64,000 bases of DNA from Planctomycetota bacterium (GCA_044222185.1 JBGANV010000001.1:2112001-2176000); one strand, 5' to 3'. Counted from the stretch's first letter, positions 10,501-19,366 are shown. A program made the numbers and translations. Notes: a model not told the origin generated them from the letters alone.

Positions 10501-11872
10501 CCCCAGCTTCGATCCCTACGCCCAGTATCTGCCAGAACACGTCACGGCGCAGTGGCTGATCCACGCGTTCCGCACGACGAGCCCGTTGCATGAGCGCATG
10601 TGCCAGTTCTGGCACGATCGGCTCGCAGTCAGCATCGGCAACCTCGTGGACCAGAAGCGGCACTGGGGCCCGATCCACCAGGACATGATCCGGTTCGGCG
10701 CGACCCCCGGTGGCGGCGCGCTGGGCAACTTTCGGACGCTGCTCGTGGACTTCGTTCGCGACCCCGCCTGCCTGGCGTTCATCGATGGTTTCGAGAACTT
10801 CAGCTTCGCGCCCAACGAGAACTTCGCTCGCGAGTTCATGGAGCTGCACACGCTCGGGATCCTCGACATCGCCACGGGACAACCGAACTACACGGAGACC
10901 GACGTCCGTGAGTGCGCACGCGCGTTCACGGGCTATCGACCGACGTGCTACCCGGCGAGCTCGCCGACGCCCACGTGCTACCCGAGCTTCGTGCCGTTCT
11001 TCCACGACACGGGCGTGAAGACGATCCTGGGACAGGTCGGCAACTTCGACGACGCCGGCGTCGTCGACGTCGTTCTCGGTTATGCATCCAACGGGATCCC
11101 GGGCCAGAAGGCGTCGCGATATCTCGCAAAGAACCTCCTCCGCGCGTTCGTCATGGACGCGCCGTCGCTCTCGCTCATCGACGAACTCGCCACGATCATC
11201 CGCTCCAACAACTGGGAGCTGACGCCGGTGATGAGCGCACTGCTCCGTTCCAACGCCATGTTCTCGCCGGCCGCGCGACGGTCGATCGTGAAGAGCCCGG
11301 TGGAGGTGGCACTCGGCATCGTGAAGACGCTGAAGGTGCCGGTGCAGACGCACGACATCGTGGCGCCCTCCTACGAAGGCATCCGGTACAACCTCGCGTT
11401 CATGGGACAGGTCCTCGGTCAGCCCATCGACGTGAACGGATGGCCGTCCGGTCTGGACTGGCTCACCGAGTACTCGATGATCCGGTACATGGAACTCGTC
11501 CGGAGCATGCTGAACCTCGCGCGAGCGCCGACGAATCCGGCGACGCTCACGGGTGCATTCCCCGGCATCCCGCCCACTCCGACGGACATCACGAAGTTCC
11601 TTCCGCCCATCAGCGCGCGCACCGGGACGAACACCGTCGCCTACCTCGCGAAGACGCTCGACGTCGACCTCGCGACCTCACCAGCCAGCGGGGCGTCGTC
11701 CTCCGAGTTCCAGCTCTTCGTCGATTACATCGATCATCAGGCTCTCTACTCGGCGACGGTGCCCTACGTCCTCGGCGGCACGCCCTTCAACGGAGACAAC
11801 CCCAATCACCTCGACAAGCTCTGGAGTACGGTGATGCTCTTCCTCCTCCACCCGGACTTCCAGAAGCTGTAG
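7517..11872 (+). CDS. Large secreted protein: 2x DNRLRE/CBM96-like domains, Ig-like domain, 3x PKD-like repeats, C-terminal DUF1800
   Basis: Signal peptide MPTRRRCTVPVGVVFLCLVSVLKAQ; two IP/VPxGSxI/VxSAxLxL...VTxAVxxWAxGxPNxG...RPK/RLxVT/SY domains; VTLDG/NG...WxQVxGP PKD repeats; DUF1800 motifs HERMCQFWHD, PNENFAREFMELHTLG, YTETDVRECARAFTG, HDTGVKTILG. Confidence 0.87.
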   Translation: MPTRRRCTVPVGVVFLCLVSVLKAQTTVTFQAGGAAGTTNTLCRSCYINQTAAITGGSAWVAESNTLVIQNQGGVGLVDFPDVIGTGSGRIPPGSTITSAVLQLYCLSANGTLSSARTITCTPIKDMDRLGTWREPEIPTTVATGVEQGVMWRRRNRYRDASGQLTDDVPWDLGTSTGPSLANDPSIVAAFPTIVSSFTSTPSSGTTGINLFHTWNVTTAVSFWAQGLPNQGFHLSSSSTQALNYASDDHATVAQRPKLVVTYVPPGPGVQPFNHVPVLGNVGALSTTVGVDIPIILAAADPDPTPLEFLITTNPLKGTIVGTPPYITYRPNPGATGADSFAWTARDQVTTAYPQTVAINIATSASTVTATFQEGVAPAANLAVGATKNCSTDFVAAPGPQRCINDIEVRIIPDYRQGFLQFPQLIGSGVGQVPAGSNVLSARLELKTKDIWTAGSPERVIQLRRILDPLARGTSWTEPPTLTPIEPTGCTSCAVSFSYPDSTQTSQPWHIPGGDVHPYEGSSFTITPTESGQIWKSIDVTNAVRAWASGEPNFGWQIRMPNLNASASGIVLWTDDATAPADRPRLSVSYRPAGPLAGAPPHVIAGPAQLVFSDQTVTLDGQGTTYPGGTLASTIWLQVAGPAVQLSSTSSMTTTFTAPHVAGTSNVELRFVLGVIDNTGHYAADTVRIIVQPQPGSGSIPSPTVSAGANRTDPELTTVTLNGTASGGTGAQNLSVRWTQLSGPHVIMTGAQTLTPSFITPPLAVPSTPLVFDLAVTDDGVTPPLVSVVHDTITVTVTNAFNSPPNPSTAGTPSTVESGSWMVLDGSSSTDPQGQVLSFAWSQVSPSSPAIPLSAYVTHPSVTAAHTPLLAPQVAAPTVFTFHLVVSDGELSASTNVSVTVTPSPQPFQGTNSMTPYRDQLSREEAQHLLRRMGTGWHPDDVAQVRSAGLAATVASAVVPAPRLVGGQLSPALQEALFYASTVSFPFLGPPPIFNPSFDPYAQYLPEHVTAQWLIHAFRTTSPLHERMCQFWHDRLAVSIGNLVDQKRHWGPIHQDMIRFGATPGGGALGNFRTLLVDFVRDPACLAFIDGFENFSFAPNENFAREFMELHTLGILDIATGQPNYTETDVRECARAFTGYRPTCYPASSPTPTCYPSFVPFFHDTGVKTILGQVGNFDDAGVVDVVLGYASNGIPGQKASRYLAKNLLRAFVMDAPSLSLIDELATIIRSNNWELTPVMSALLRSNAMFSPAARRSIVKSPVEVALGIVKTLKVPVQTHDIVAPSYEGIRYNLAFMGQVLGQPIDVNGWPSGLDWLTEYSMIRYMELVRSMLNLARAPTNPATLTGAFPGIPPTPTDITKFLPPISARTGTNTVAYLAKTLDVDLATSPASGASSSEFQLFVDYIDHQALYSATVPYVLGGTPFNGDNPNHLDKLWSTVMLFLLHPDFQKL

Positions 11873-11883
11873 GAGCCAACGTC

Positions 11884-13197
11884 ATGACTCTCTCCCGTCG
11901 AAAGTTCCTCGGTCGAGTCGCCGCCGGCGTCGGCGCTGCGGCCCTGCACCCGATCTTCGCGTCCGCCGCCGCTGCCGCTCCGGCCGTGCGCCGGCCCGGG
12001 CTCAACAATCTCGTTCTGCTCAACCTGGAAGGCGGGCTGGATGGTTTGTCGCTGCTGATCCCGCAGCCGTCGCTCCCGGCCTACGCCACCTACGCAAGCC
12101 GGCGCTCACGGATCATCCCGGATCTGGCTGGGGCACCACGAACGTTGAACGGTGTTCCGGATTACAAGCTGCACCCGTCCCTGAACGTCATCCAGTCCGA
12201 GTTCAACCTGGGCAAGTGCGCCATCGTCCGGAAGGTGGGGAACCCGATCCCCAACTTCTCGCACTTCTCGTCGAAGGACCTGATGTCGCTCGGTCGCAAC
12301 GACCTGAACCACCCGGATCACCGGGGATGGCTCGGGCGGGTTGCCGACGTGCACTTCACATCGGGGCCGCCGACGACGAATGCGCTTCGCATCGTCGGAC
12401 TCGGGGTTCCCCGGCTGTTGGATTTCAACTCGAACGTCGTGCGGCCGGTCGTCATCAACAACCTCAGCAACCTCGTCTCGTTCAACTACGTTTCCGCGAT
12501 GGAGAGCGCCTATCGGAAGGACACGATCCAGCAGATGCTGCCGCAGACGTTCGCGTCTCGAGGCCCCGCCGACGCATCGATCCGTCAACTGATGGCGCAG
12601 GCGACCGCGATGCAGTCACTGCTGGCCCCCGCCCTGAACGTCACGCTGCCGAACGCGGCCTCCTACCCGACGAACGACCTCTTCGCCGGCGCGCTGAAGG
12701 ACATCGCGCGGATGATCGCGCTGAACGTCGGAACGCGCATCTACTACGCCGGGACGTCGCAGTTCGACACGCACATCGGCGAAGAGAATGCGAGCTTGAG
12801 CGCCGGCAGCAAGCCCACGCTCACGATGCGTTTGAATGCCGTCATGCAGGCCCTCTCGGCCTTCGTGGCGGATCTGAAGTCGGCATCGATCGGCGCCTGG
12901 AACCAGACGGCGATCGTGCTCTTCTCCGAGTTCGGCCGTCGCAACTACGACAACGAAGCGGGCGGGACGGACCACGGGTACGGCAGCCACTGCTTCGTGC
13001 TCGGTGGAAGTGTGCTCGGCGGTCTGAAGGGCAACGGCCTCGTCACCGCCGATCTCACGTCGGACAACCTGCCCGTCGAGATCGACATCCGCGCCGTGTA
13101 CAAGGCGTGCCTGGGGAACTGGCTCGGCTTGGACCCCGTGCCGATCTTCGACGACTTCGTCGCCTCACCGCAGCAGCCTGCGTTCCAGTTGTTCTGA
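11884..13197 (+). CDS. DUF1501 family protein with Tat signal
   Basis: MTLSRRKFLG Tat motif; LVLLNLEGGLDGL, PNFSHF, FDTH, FSEFGRR, GTDHG; directly follows DUF1800 as in the usual pair. Confidence 0.92.
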   Translation: MTLSRRKFLGRVAAGVGAAALHPIFASAAAAAPAVRRPGLNNLVLLNLEGGLDGLSLLIPQPSLPAYATYASRRSRIIPDLAGAPRTLNGVPDYKLHPSLNVIQSEFNLGKCAIVRKVGNPIPNFSHFSSKDLMSLGRNDLNHPDHRGWLGRVADVHFTSGPPTTNALRIVGLGVPRLLDFNSNVVRPVVINNLSNLVSFNYVSAMESAYRKDTIQQMLPQTFASRGPADASIRQLMAQATAMQSLLAPALNVTLPNAASYPTNDLFAGALKDIARMIALNVGTRIYYAGTSQFDTHIGEENASLSAGSKPTLTMRLNAVMQALSAFVADLKSASIGAWNQTAIVLFSEFGRRNYDNEAGGTDHGYGSHCFVLGGSVLGGLKGNGLVTADLTSDNLPVEIDIRAVYKACLGNWLGLDPVPIFDDFVASPQQPAFQLF

Positions 13198-13240
13198 GCG
13201 TCGCGGCTGCCGCCGCATTCTCGCCGTCTCCCGCCGCAGT

Positions 13241-13948
13241 TCAGGTCGGTGGCGGCGGCTGCTGCGACCGGCTCTTCTCGTACGCCGCGACGGCTGCGGC
13301 GGTGAGCGGGGCCATCTTCGACGTCGCGTTCACGGTCTGGAGCACGAGCAGGAGTCCGATCCTGTGAGGCATCACGTCCTTCACGGCGATCAGGGCCTCT
13401 GCGATGGCGTGGGCGGCGGCCCGAATCCGCGCCTTGAGGTCTGCCCCCACCGGCTCGAGCGCGAGATCCACGGTCGCACGCAGATCGTAGGCGATGGCCA
13501 TCGAGTGGACCGTTGGATGGCCCTCCGGCGGGATCGAAAGCGGAGCCCGATTGCGGAGTTCTTTCCTGCCGCAGTTCGCCGCGAAGAACTCGAACACTTC
13601 CCTCTTCAGGTCCGGGAACTCGGCGAGCGAATAGCCGATTGGACTGAGCCGGTCACGGAGGATGCCGACGACGGAGTCCGCTGGGGCCTTGGAAACGTCG
13701 AGGACATCCCCGCAGATCGTGGCGTTCGCGTGGTCGCCAAGGATCAGCGTGCCGGGATTGACCGAGAGTTGCCGGAGCGAGGTCTTCATCAGGGAGTCGA
13801 GGCAGAGCTCGCCCGTGACGCTGGCGAGGGCCGTGAGGAGGTCCTCGGCGCGGATGCGCCCCGCCGGATCGCGCATCTTCCCGCAAACCGCATTGAACAG
13901 GGCCTTCCCGGCCGCGCTTTCCTTGTCGCCCGCCTTCTTCCAGAACAT
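13241..13948 (-). CDS. Hypothetical protein
   Basis: Clean 235-aa ORF (MFWKKAGDKES...) with protein-like composition; no motif recognised. Confidence 0.65.
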   Translation of the reverse strand: MFWKKAGDKESAAGKALFNAVCGKMRDPAGRIRAEDLLTALASVTGELCLDSLMKTSLRQLSVNPGTLILGDHANATICGDVLDVSKAPADSVVGILRDRLSPIGYSLAEFPDLKREVFEFFAANCGRKELRNRAPLSIPPEGHPTVHSMAIAYDLRATVDLALEPVGADLKARIRAAAHAIAEALIAVKDVMPHRIGLLLVLQTVNATSKMAPLTAAAVAAYEKSRSQQPPPPT

Positions 13949-14038
13949 GGACCTCTCCGTCGGTGCGGAGATTACCACGCCGATTGCCGCGCGGCCCTCA
14001 CTGGCGATGGCCGGCGCTGATGAGGGCTCGCCCGCGAA

Positions 14039-14857
14039 CTACTTCGCCAGCAGCACGGGGCACGGTGCCAGTTGCAGGAGCTTCTCGCTCACGCTGCCGA
14101 CGAGGAGTCCCTCGAGGAGTCCCAATCCCCGACGCCCCATGACGATCATGTGATGGCCCCCGCGCTTCAGCTCGGCCATGAGCTCCATCGCCGGGTCGCC
14201 CGCGACGTCGCGCGTCGTGACGTTCAGCCCGGCGAGGCCCGCCGCGCCCACGGCGTCTCGGAGGATCGGCTCGGCGGACGGCGCTCCGGGCGACCGCACG
14301 TGCATCGCCACGATCTCCGCCTTGGGGAAGAACGTGTGGGCCGAGCGCAGGGCCCGAACGCTGTGGGACGACCCATCGACGGCCACCAGCACTTTCCGCA
14401 TGGGTCCCAGCGGCGGGTGATTCCCCGTCACCAGCACGGAGCACGGCGCCAGCCGCACGACTTCCGTGCTGACGGTGCCGATGAGGAGCCGCTTCAGCTT
14501 CCCGGCGCCCCGTTGGCCGATCACGATCAGCTCGGCACCGACCTCCAGCGCCTTGTCCAGGATCGTCTCCACGGGGAGCCAGTTGCGGACGTGCTCGAAC
14601 GCGACCAGGCCCCGGGCCCGAAGCGCGTCGGCCGCGTTCTTCAGCATCGCTGACGCCTCTCGGGACGAGGTCGCGATGAGCTGCTCGACCACCTGGGCAC
14701 TGGCGTGGGATGGCACGGCCTGCAGGTGGACGGAGTTGACGAGGTGGACCTCGGCCGGAACGGTCAGCGCGATCTCACTCGCCCAGCCGAGCGCGCATTC
14801 AGCATCCGACGTCTGGTTGTATGCAACGACAATCTTCACGTGGCCGCTCCTTTGCAT
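14039..14857 (-). CDS. Universal stress protein, two Usp domains
   Basis: KIVVAYNQT...LIVIGQRGAGKLKRLLIGTVSTEVVRLAPCSVLV and KVLVAVDGS...IVMGRRGLGLLEGLLVGSVSEKLLQLAPCPVL. Start approximate. Confidence 0.92.
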   Translation of the reverse strand: MQRSGHVKIVVAYNQTSDAECALGWASEIALTVPAEVHLVNSVHLQAVPSHASAQVVEQLIATSSREASAMLKNAADALRARGLVAFEHVRNWLPVETILDKALEVGAELIVIGQRGAGKLKRLLIGTVSTEVVRLAPCSVLVTGNHPPLGPMRKVLVAVDGSSHSVRALRSAHTFFPKAEIVAMHVRSPGAPSAEPILRDAVGAAGLAGLNVTTRDVAGDPAMELMAELKRGGHHMIVMGRRGLGLLEGLLVGSVSEKLLQLAPCPVLLAK

Positions 14858-15199
14858 CGCATCGCTGTCCGACTCGCGCGGACTGTATTCGCTCGCCGAA
14901 CGCGGTGACACAACCGACGCGCCGCCTACGCAAAATGTCGGGAACGTCGGAGACGGCCGACGGCAGCGCGGAAGCGGGCCGTCGCGTGCACCGCCTGAGC
15001 CTCATGACGCGGTGATTCGACGGTGGATCGGCGGCGCGCCGCTCGATCGGCCGCCCCAGCGCTCAGCCACGAGCCGCACGACGCCGCCGCGCGGGCCGAT
15101 CGGACGGCGCGCCACGCGGTACGCACTGTTCCGTAGCTCCTGGCAACACCATGTATAAGAGCGGCCCTCGCACTGGAACAATGACGCGGGAGCCACTTC

Positions 15200-15811
15200 A
15201 TGCAGCACAGCCACGAGCCCAAGCCGAGCCAAGATCCAAGCACTGCTGACCGGCGCACGTTCCTCTCGACGGCCTCGTCCGTCGTCATGGCCGGCGGCCT
15301 TCTCGCGGGTTACGGCACGTTCGCAGGGTTCGCCGCGCGCTACCTCTATCCGGCGAAGCCGACTCCGAAGGGCTGGATGTTCGTGGCGACGACGACGTCG
15401 CTGAAGCCGGGAGAATCGCTGGCCTACAAGACTCCCGCCGGTGCCGCCGTGGCGATCGCTCGCCAGGGCGCGGGCGAAACCGCCGCGGATTTCATCGCGC
15501 TCTCGAGCACGTGTCCTCACCTGGGCTGCCAGGTGCATTGGGAGTCGAAGGACAGCCGCTTCTTCTGCCCGTGCCACAACGGTGCGTTCGACGGGAACGG
15601 CGTCGCCATCGGTGGTCCCCCGAAGGAGGCCGGCCAATCCCTGCCGCGATACCCGCTCAAGGTCGAACACGGGCTCCTGTTCATCGAAGTGCCGACGGGT
15701 CGAGAGATCGCGTCCGCCGATCGACCCGCACGCGAGGCCCCGTGCCGTCCCCGTCGGGACATCCAAGCGTTCGACGGGCCCCTCGGCGACACGACGGAAA
15801 TGCGAGTCTGA
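15200..15811 (+). CDS. Rieske [2Fe-2S] subunit of a Rieske/cytochrome b complex
   Basis: Tat-like DRRTFL plus TM anchor; CPHLGC and CPCH cluster boxes; GGPP...LPRY. Confidence 0.95.
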   Translation: MQHSHEPKPSQDPSTADRRTFLSTASSVVMAGGLLAGYGTFAGFAARYLYPAKPTPKGWMFVATTTSLKPGESLAYKTPAGAAVAIARQGAGETAADFIALSSTCPHLGCQVHWESKDSRFFCPCHNGAFDGNGVAIGGPPKEAGQSLPRYPLKVEHGLLFIEVPTGREIASADRPAREAPCRPRRDIQAFDGPLGDTTEMRV

Positions 15812-15814
15812 CCC

Positions 15815-16864
15815 ATGGCGACGATCAAGGCATGGCTTCGTGAGCGCATTCCGCTCGACCCCGCGCAGCTGCGCGAGATCACGAATGAACCCGTCCCCTA
15901 TCACCTGAAACGTTGGTGGTTCTGCCTGGGCGGAACCCCCATGTATCTCTTCGTCGTCCAGATCGTGACGGGGATCCTCCTGGCGTTCTACTACGAGGCG
16001 TCACCGGGTCGCGCCTACGACTCCGTCCGCTTCATCACGGACCACGCGGCCTACGGATGGTTCCTGCGCAGCATGCACAAGTGGGCGGCGACGCTGATGG
16101 TGGCGGCCGTCATCCTCCACCAGATGCGGATCTTCTTCACGGGCGCCTACCGGAAGCCGCGCGAACTCAACTGGATGATCGGCATGTGCCTGCTCTTGTG
16201 CACGCTCGTCGCCGGGTTCACGGGCTACAGCCTCGTGTTCGAGCAGTTGAGTTTCTGGGGCGCGACGGTCGCGGCGAACATCACGGACACGATCCCGGTC
16301 GTCGGTGGGTTGTTGAAGCGCATGCTGCTTGCCGGCGATGCCTACAACGAGCAGACGGTTCCCCGGTTCTTCATCCTTCACGCCGCCGTCCTGCCGGTGA
16401 CGATGACGCTGCTCCTCGCCATTCACATCGGCCTGATCCGGCTCCAGGGAATCACCGAGTTCAAGTTCCGCGACGAACCGGAAGGCAAGCCGCGCATCTT
16501 CGCCTTCTTCCCGGATCACTTCTTCACGGAGCTCATGATCGGGCTCTTCCTGATGATCCTGCTCGGCGCGCTCTCGGTCGTCCTCCCCGCGGACATGGGC
16601 CCCAAGGCCAACCCGCTCGCGACGCCCGAGATCATCAAACCCGAGTGGTACTTCTACGTCGCATTCAGGTGGCTGAAGCTGTTCTCGGGCGTCTTCGCCG
16701 TGCTGAGCATGGGGCTCGTGGTGTTCACGATGTTCCTCTGGCCCTTCATCGACGGCTGGTTCCGCAAGCGTGCGAGATTCGCCGAAGCGAGCGTGTGGAT
16801 CGGGATCGTCGCCGTGTCGCTGATCGTCAGCCTCACGGTCTGGGAAGCCGCGGTCGCGCACTGA
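15815..16864 (+). CDS. Cytochrome b (b6-like, fused to subunit IV)
   Basis: WFCLGG, heme ligands SMHKW...ILHQMR and FFILH-x14-H, YRKPRELNW, GFTGYSL, KPEWYF Qo-site motif. Confidence 0.95.
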   Translation: MATIKAWLRERIPLDPAQLREITNEPVPYHLKRWWFCLGGTPMYLFVVQIVTGILLAFYYEASPGRAYDSVRFITDHAAYGWFLRSMHKWAATLMVAAVILHQMRIFFTGAYRKPRELNWMIGMCLLLCTLVAGFTGYSLVFEQLSFWGATVAANITDTIPVVGGLLKRMLLAGDAYNEQTVPRFFILHAAVLPVTMTLLLAIHIGLIRLQGITEFKFRDEPEGKPRIFAFFPDHFFTELMIGLFLMILLGALSVVLPADMGPKANPLATPEIIKPEWYFYVAFRWLKLFSGVFAVLSMGLVVFTMFLWPFIDGWFRKRARFAEASVWIGIVAVSLIVSLTVWEAAVAH

Positions 16865-16891
16865 ACCCCAAACGAATACCGGAGATCGTGA

Positions 16892-18502
16892 ATGTCCCTG
16901 GAAACCAAGCGCTTCGTGATCGGGATCCTCGGCGTCGTGTTCCTCGCGTCGCTGATCTTCGTCCAGTACATGGAGGTGACGCGACGACGCGCGGAGGCCG
17001 GCCTCGATCCCGCCACGATCTCGGTGCCATCGAATTCCAAGCAATGCGTCGATTGCCACAGGCAGTCGAATCCGGCGATCGTGGAACACTGGACTGGCAG
17101 CACGCACGCAGCCAAGGGCGTGGGTTGTTTCGAATGCCACCAGGCCCAGCAAGGCGAAGCGGACGCGTTCGAGCACTACGGCCAGACGATCGCCACCGTC
17201 GTGACGCCGCGGGACTGCTCCCGCTGCCACGACGAGGAGACGAAGCAATTCGCCGCGAGCCATCACTCGAAGGCCGGCGACATCCTGGCGTCCCTCGACA
17301 ACTTCCTCGCCGAGAACGTGGAAGGCATGCGCGGCCGCTTCAACCCGCACTCGCCCACACCGGGCAAGCCGAACGACATGGTCAACGGCATGGCCAGCGT
17401 GAACACGGGCTGCAAGCAATGCCACGGCGGCAAGGTCGGGATGCAGACCGATGATGGCGGCATGGTGACGGTCGACGACCTCAAGCCCGACGAGACCGGC
17501 AAGCCCACGAACAAGGAAGCCGTCGCGAAGATCTTCAAGGATCAAAACGGCAAGCCGCGCCTGCACGCGAGCACGTGGCCCAACACGGGGATCGGCCGCA
17601 TCAACCTGGACGGGTCCCGAGGATCGTGCTCCGCGTGCCACAGCCGTCACGACTTCTCGCCGCGACGCGCACGGCAGCCCGAAAACTGCGGCAAGTGCCA
17701 CCTCGGACCGGACCACCCGCAGGAGGAGATCTACAACGAATCCAAGCACGGCGTCGCCTATCGCGACCTGCGCGACAAGATGAACCTGGACTCGAAGACG
17801 TGGGTCCTCGGCAAGGATTACTCGGCAGCCCCCACCTGCGCCACGTGCCACATGTCCGGGAACACGCGCAACGGGGGCAAGAGCACGCACGACCCGGGTG
17901 AGCGCATCTCGTGGACGAACCGCCCGCCGATCAGTCTCGTGATGGACACGGACGCGAACCACAAAGTCATCACCGAGGCGGATCCGGCCAAACGAGCCGC
18001 GCAGACGGCGGACAACGCGGAAAACAAGCGCACGCGCATGAAGGAGGTCTGCTCGCACTGCCACACGCCCGACTACATCAACGGGTTCTACAAGCAGTAC
18101 GACGACTTCGTGATCCTCTTCAACGAGAAGTTCGCGAAGCCCGGCAAGCAGATCATCGACCTCCTCCGCGCCCAGAACCTCATCACGAAGCCCGACTTCG
18201 ATGAGGAGATCGAGTGGACGTGGTACTTCCTCTGGCACCACGAGGGTCGCCGTGCGCGCCACGGTGCATCCATGATGGCGCCGGACTACGCGCACTGGCA
18301 CGGCATGTACGAGGTCGCGGACCGCTTCTACATGCAGCTCCTCCCTCAAGCGCGTGAGATCGCCAAGCACGCGGCAGAGTCGGGCAAGACGGAACAAGCC
18401 GCGGCGGTGAACGGGCTACTGGATTCGATCCTCGCCCGCCCCGAGCACAAGTGGCTCCCCGACCAGCTCGCGACCCTCAAGCCGACGGCGCCGCCGAAGT
18501 GA
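16892..18502 (+). CDS. Membrane-anchored octaheme cytochrome c, hydroxylamine oxidoreductase (HAO)-like family
   Basis: Eight CxxCH motifs (CVDCH, CFECH, CSRCH, CKQCH, CSACH, CGKCH, CATCH, CSHCH); HAO-family motifs PENCGKCHLGPDHPQEEIYNESKHG and APTCATCHM; N-terminal TM helix. Confidence 0.92.
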   Translation: MSLETKRFVIGILGVVFLASLIFVQYMEVTRRRAEAGLDPATISVPSNSKQCVDCHRQSNPAIVEHWTGSTHAAKGVGCFECHQAQQGEADAFEHYGQTIATVVTPRDCSRCHDEETKQFAASHHSKAGDILASLDNFLAENVEGMRGRFNPHSPTPGKPNDMVNGMASVNTGCKQCHGGKVGMQTDDGGMVTVDDLKPDETGKPTNKEAVAKIFKDQNGKPRLHASTWPNTGIGRINLDGSRGSCSACHSRHDFSPRRARQPENCGKCHLGPDHPQEEIYNESKHGVAYRDLRDKMNLDSKTWVLGKDYSAAPTCATCHMSGNTRNGGKSTHDPGERISWTNRPPISLVMDTDANHKVITEADPAKRAAQTADNAENKRTRMKEVCSHCHTPDYINGFYKQYDDFVILFNEKFAKPGKQIIDLLRAQNLITKPDFDEEIEWTWYFLWHHEGRRARHGASMMAPDYAHWHGMYEVADRFYMQLLPQAREIAKHAAESGKTEQAAAVNGLLDSILARPEHKWLPDQLATLKPTAPPK

Positions 18503-18706
18503 GGAATTCACCCGCGATTCACCGCGCGGGTGCTCCGGGCTCCGCCCGAATCGACGCCTCGGGTACGCACCGCTGACGCACGCCGATCTGCCGTTGTGCG
18601 TAGAGATCCAATCGCGTCATCGGACGAAACTAAAGACACGTTCGGGCCCCGCAGAGCCCCTTGTGGCGGTGCGATGACCGGGCACCAACGTGTGGTCATG
18701 ATCGAA

Positions 18707-19363
18707 ATGGCGAAGACGACCGTTTACCTGCTGGATGATCAGGCGATGATCCGGGCAGCGTTCCGGCATTGGCTGAGCCAGGCCGACTGGCTCACGATCG
18801 TTGGAGAGCAGGGCAACCCGAGGACCGCGATTCACGAGATCGCGGACATCAAGCCCGACATCGTCCTCCTCGACATCGCCATGCCCGAACTCTCGGGCCT
18901 CGACGCCATCCCGTTGATCCGGGACGTCGCGCCACAGGCGCGCATCGTGATGATGACCAATCACGAGGGCGAGTGCTTCGTTCGCCAGGCCATCGACCGC
19001 GGCGCGAGTGGCTATCTGTGCAAGGACTCCGATCCCGACGAACTCGTGACGGCGCTTCGGGCCGTGCGCGGCGGGACGAGATACGTGTCACCGAAGGCCG
19101 GCGCGCAGAACCCGACGGCTCCGCCAACCACGCATCCCGAGACCCAAGCGGCGAACGGACTCGACGCCCTCACGCCCCGCGAGCGCGAGGTGTTCCTTCT
19201 CCTCGCCATGGGGCGGTCGAACAAGGAAGTCGCGCGCGAGTTCCACATCAGCCTCGGGACGGCCAAGAAGCACCGCGAGAACCTGCAGCGCAAACTGGAC
19301 TGCCATTCGCCCGCGGATCTGGCGCGGCTCGCGATTCGCGAGGGGCTGCTCCCCGCGAAGTGA
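18707..19363 (+). CDS. NarL/LuxR-family response regulator (paralogue of 6184-6846)
   Basis: YLLDDQAMIRAAF, LLDIAMP, LTPREREVFLLLAMGRSNKEVARE. Start may be 18698. Confidence 0.93.
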   Translation: MAKTTVYLLDDQAMIRAAFRHWLSQADWLTIVGEQGNPRTAIHEIADIKPDIVLLDIAMPELSGLDAIPLIRDVAPQARIVMMTNHEGECFVRQAIDRGASGYLCKDSDPDELVTALRAVRGGTRYVSPKAGAQNPTAPPTTHPETQAANGLDALTPREREVFLLLAMGRSNKEVAREFHISLGTAKKHRENLQRKLDCHSPADLARLAIREGLLPAK

Positions 19364-19366
19364 CGC

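Noticed and set aside
10912-11883. N-terminal extension of the DUF1501 ORF, or a DUF1800-DUF1501 frameshift fusion
   Set aside because: DUF1501 has its own AGGAG RBS, ATG at 11884 and Tat signal.
16892-18502. Evidence for anammox or ammonia oxidation
   Set aside because: No hzs, hdh, amo or cycAB genes in the window; the protein looks like the non-crosslinked type and the context is heterotrophic.
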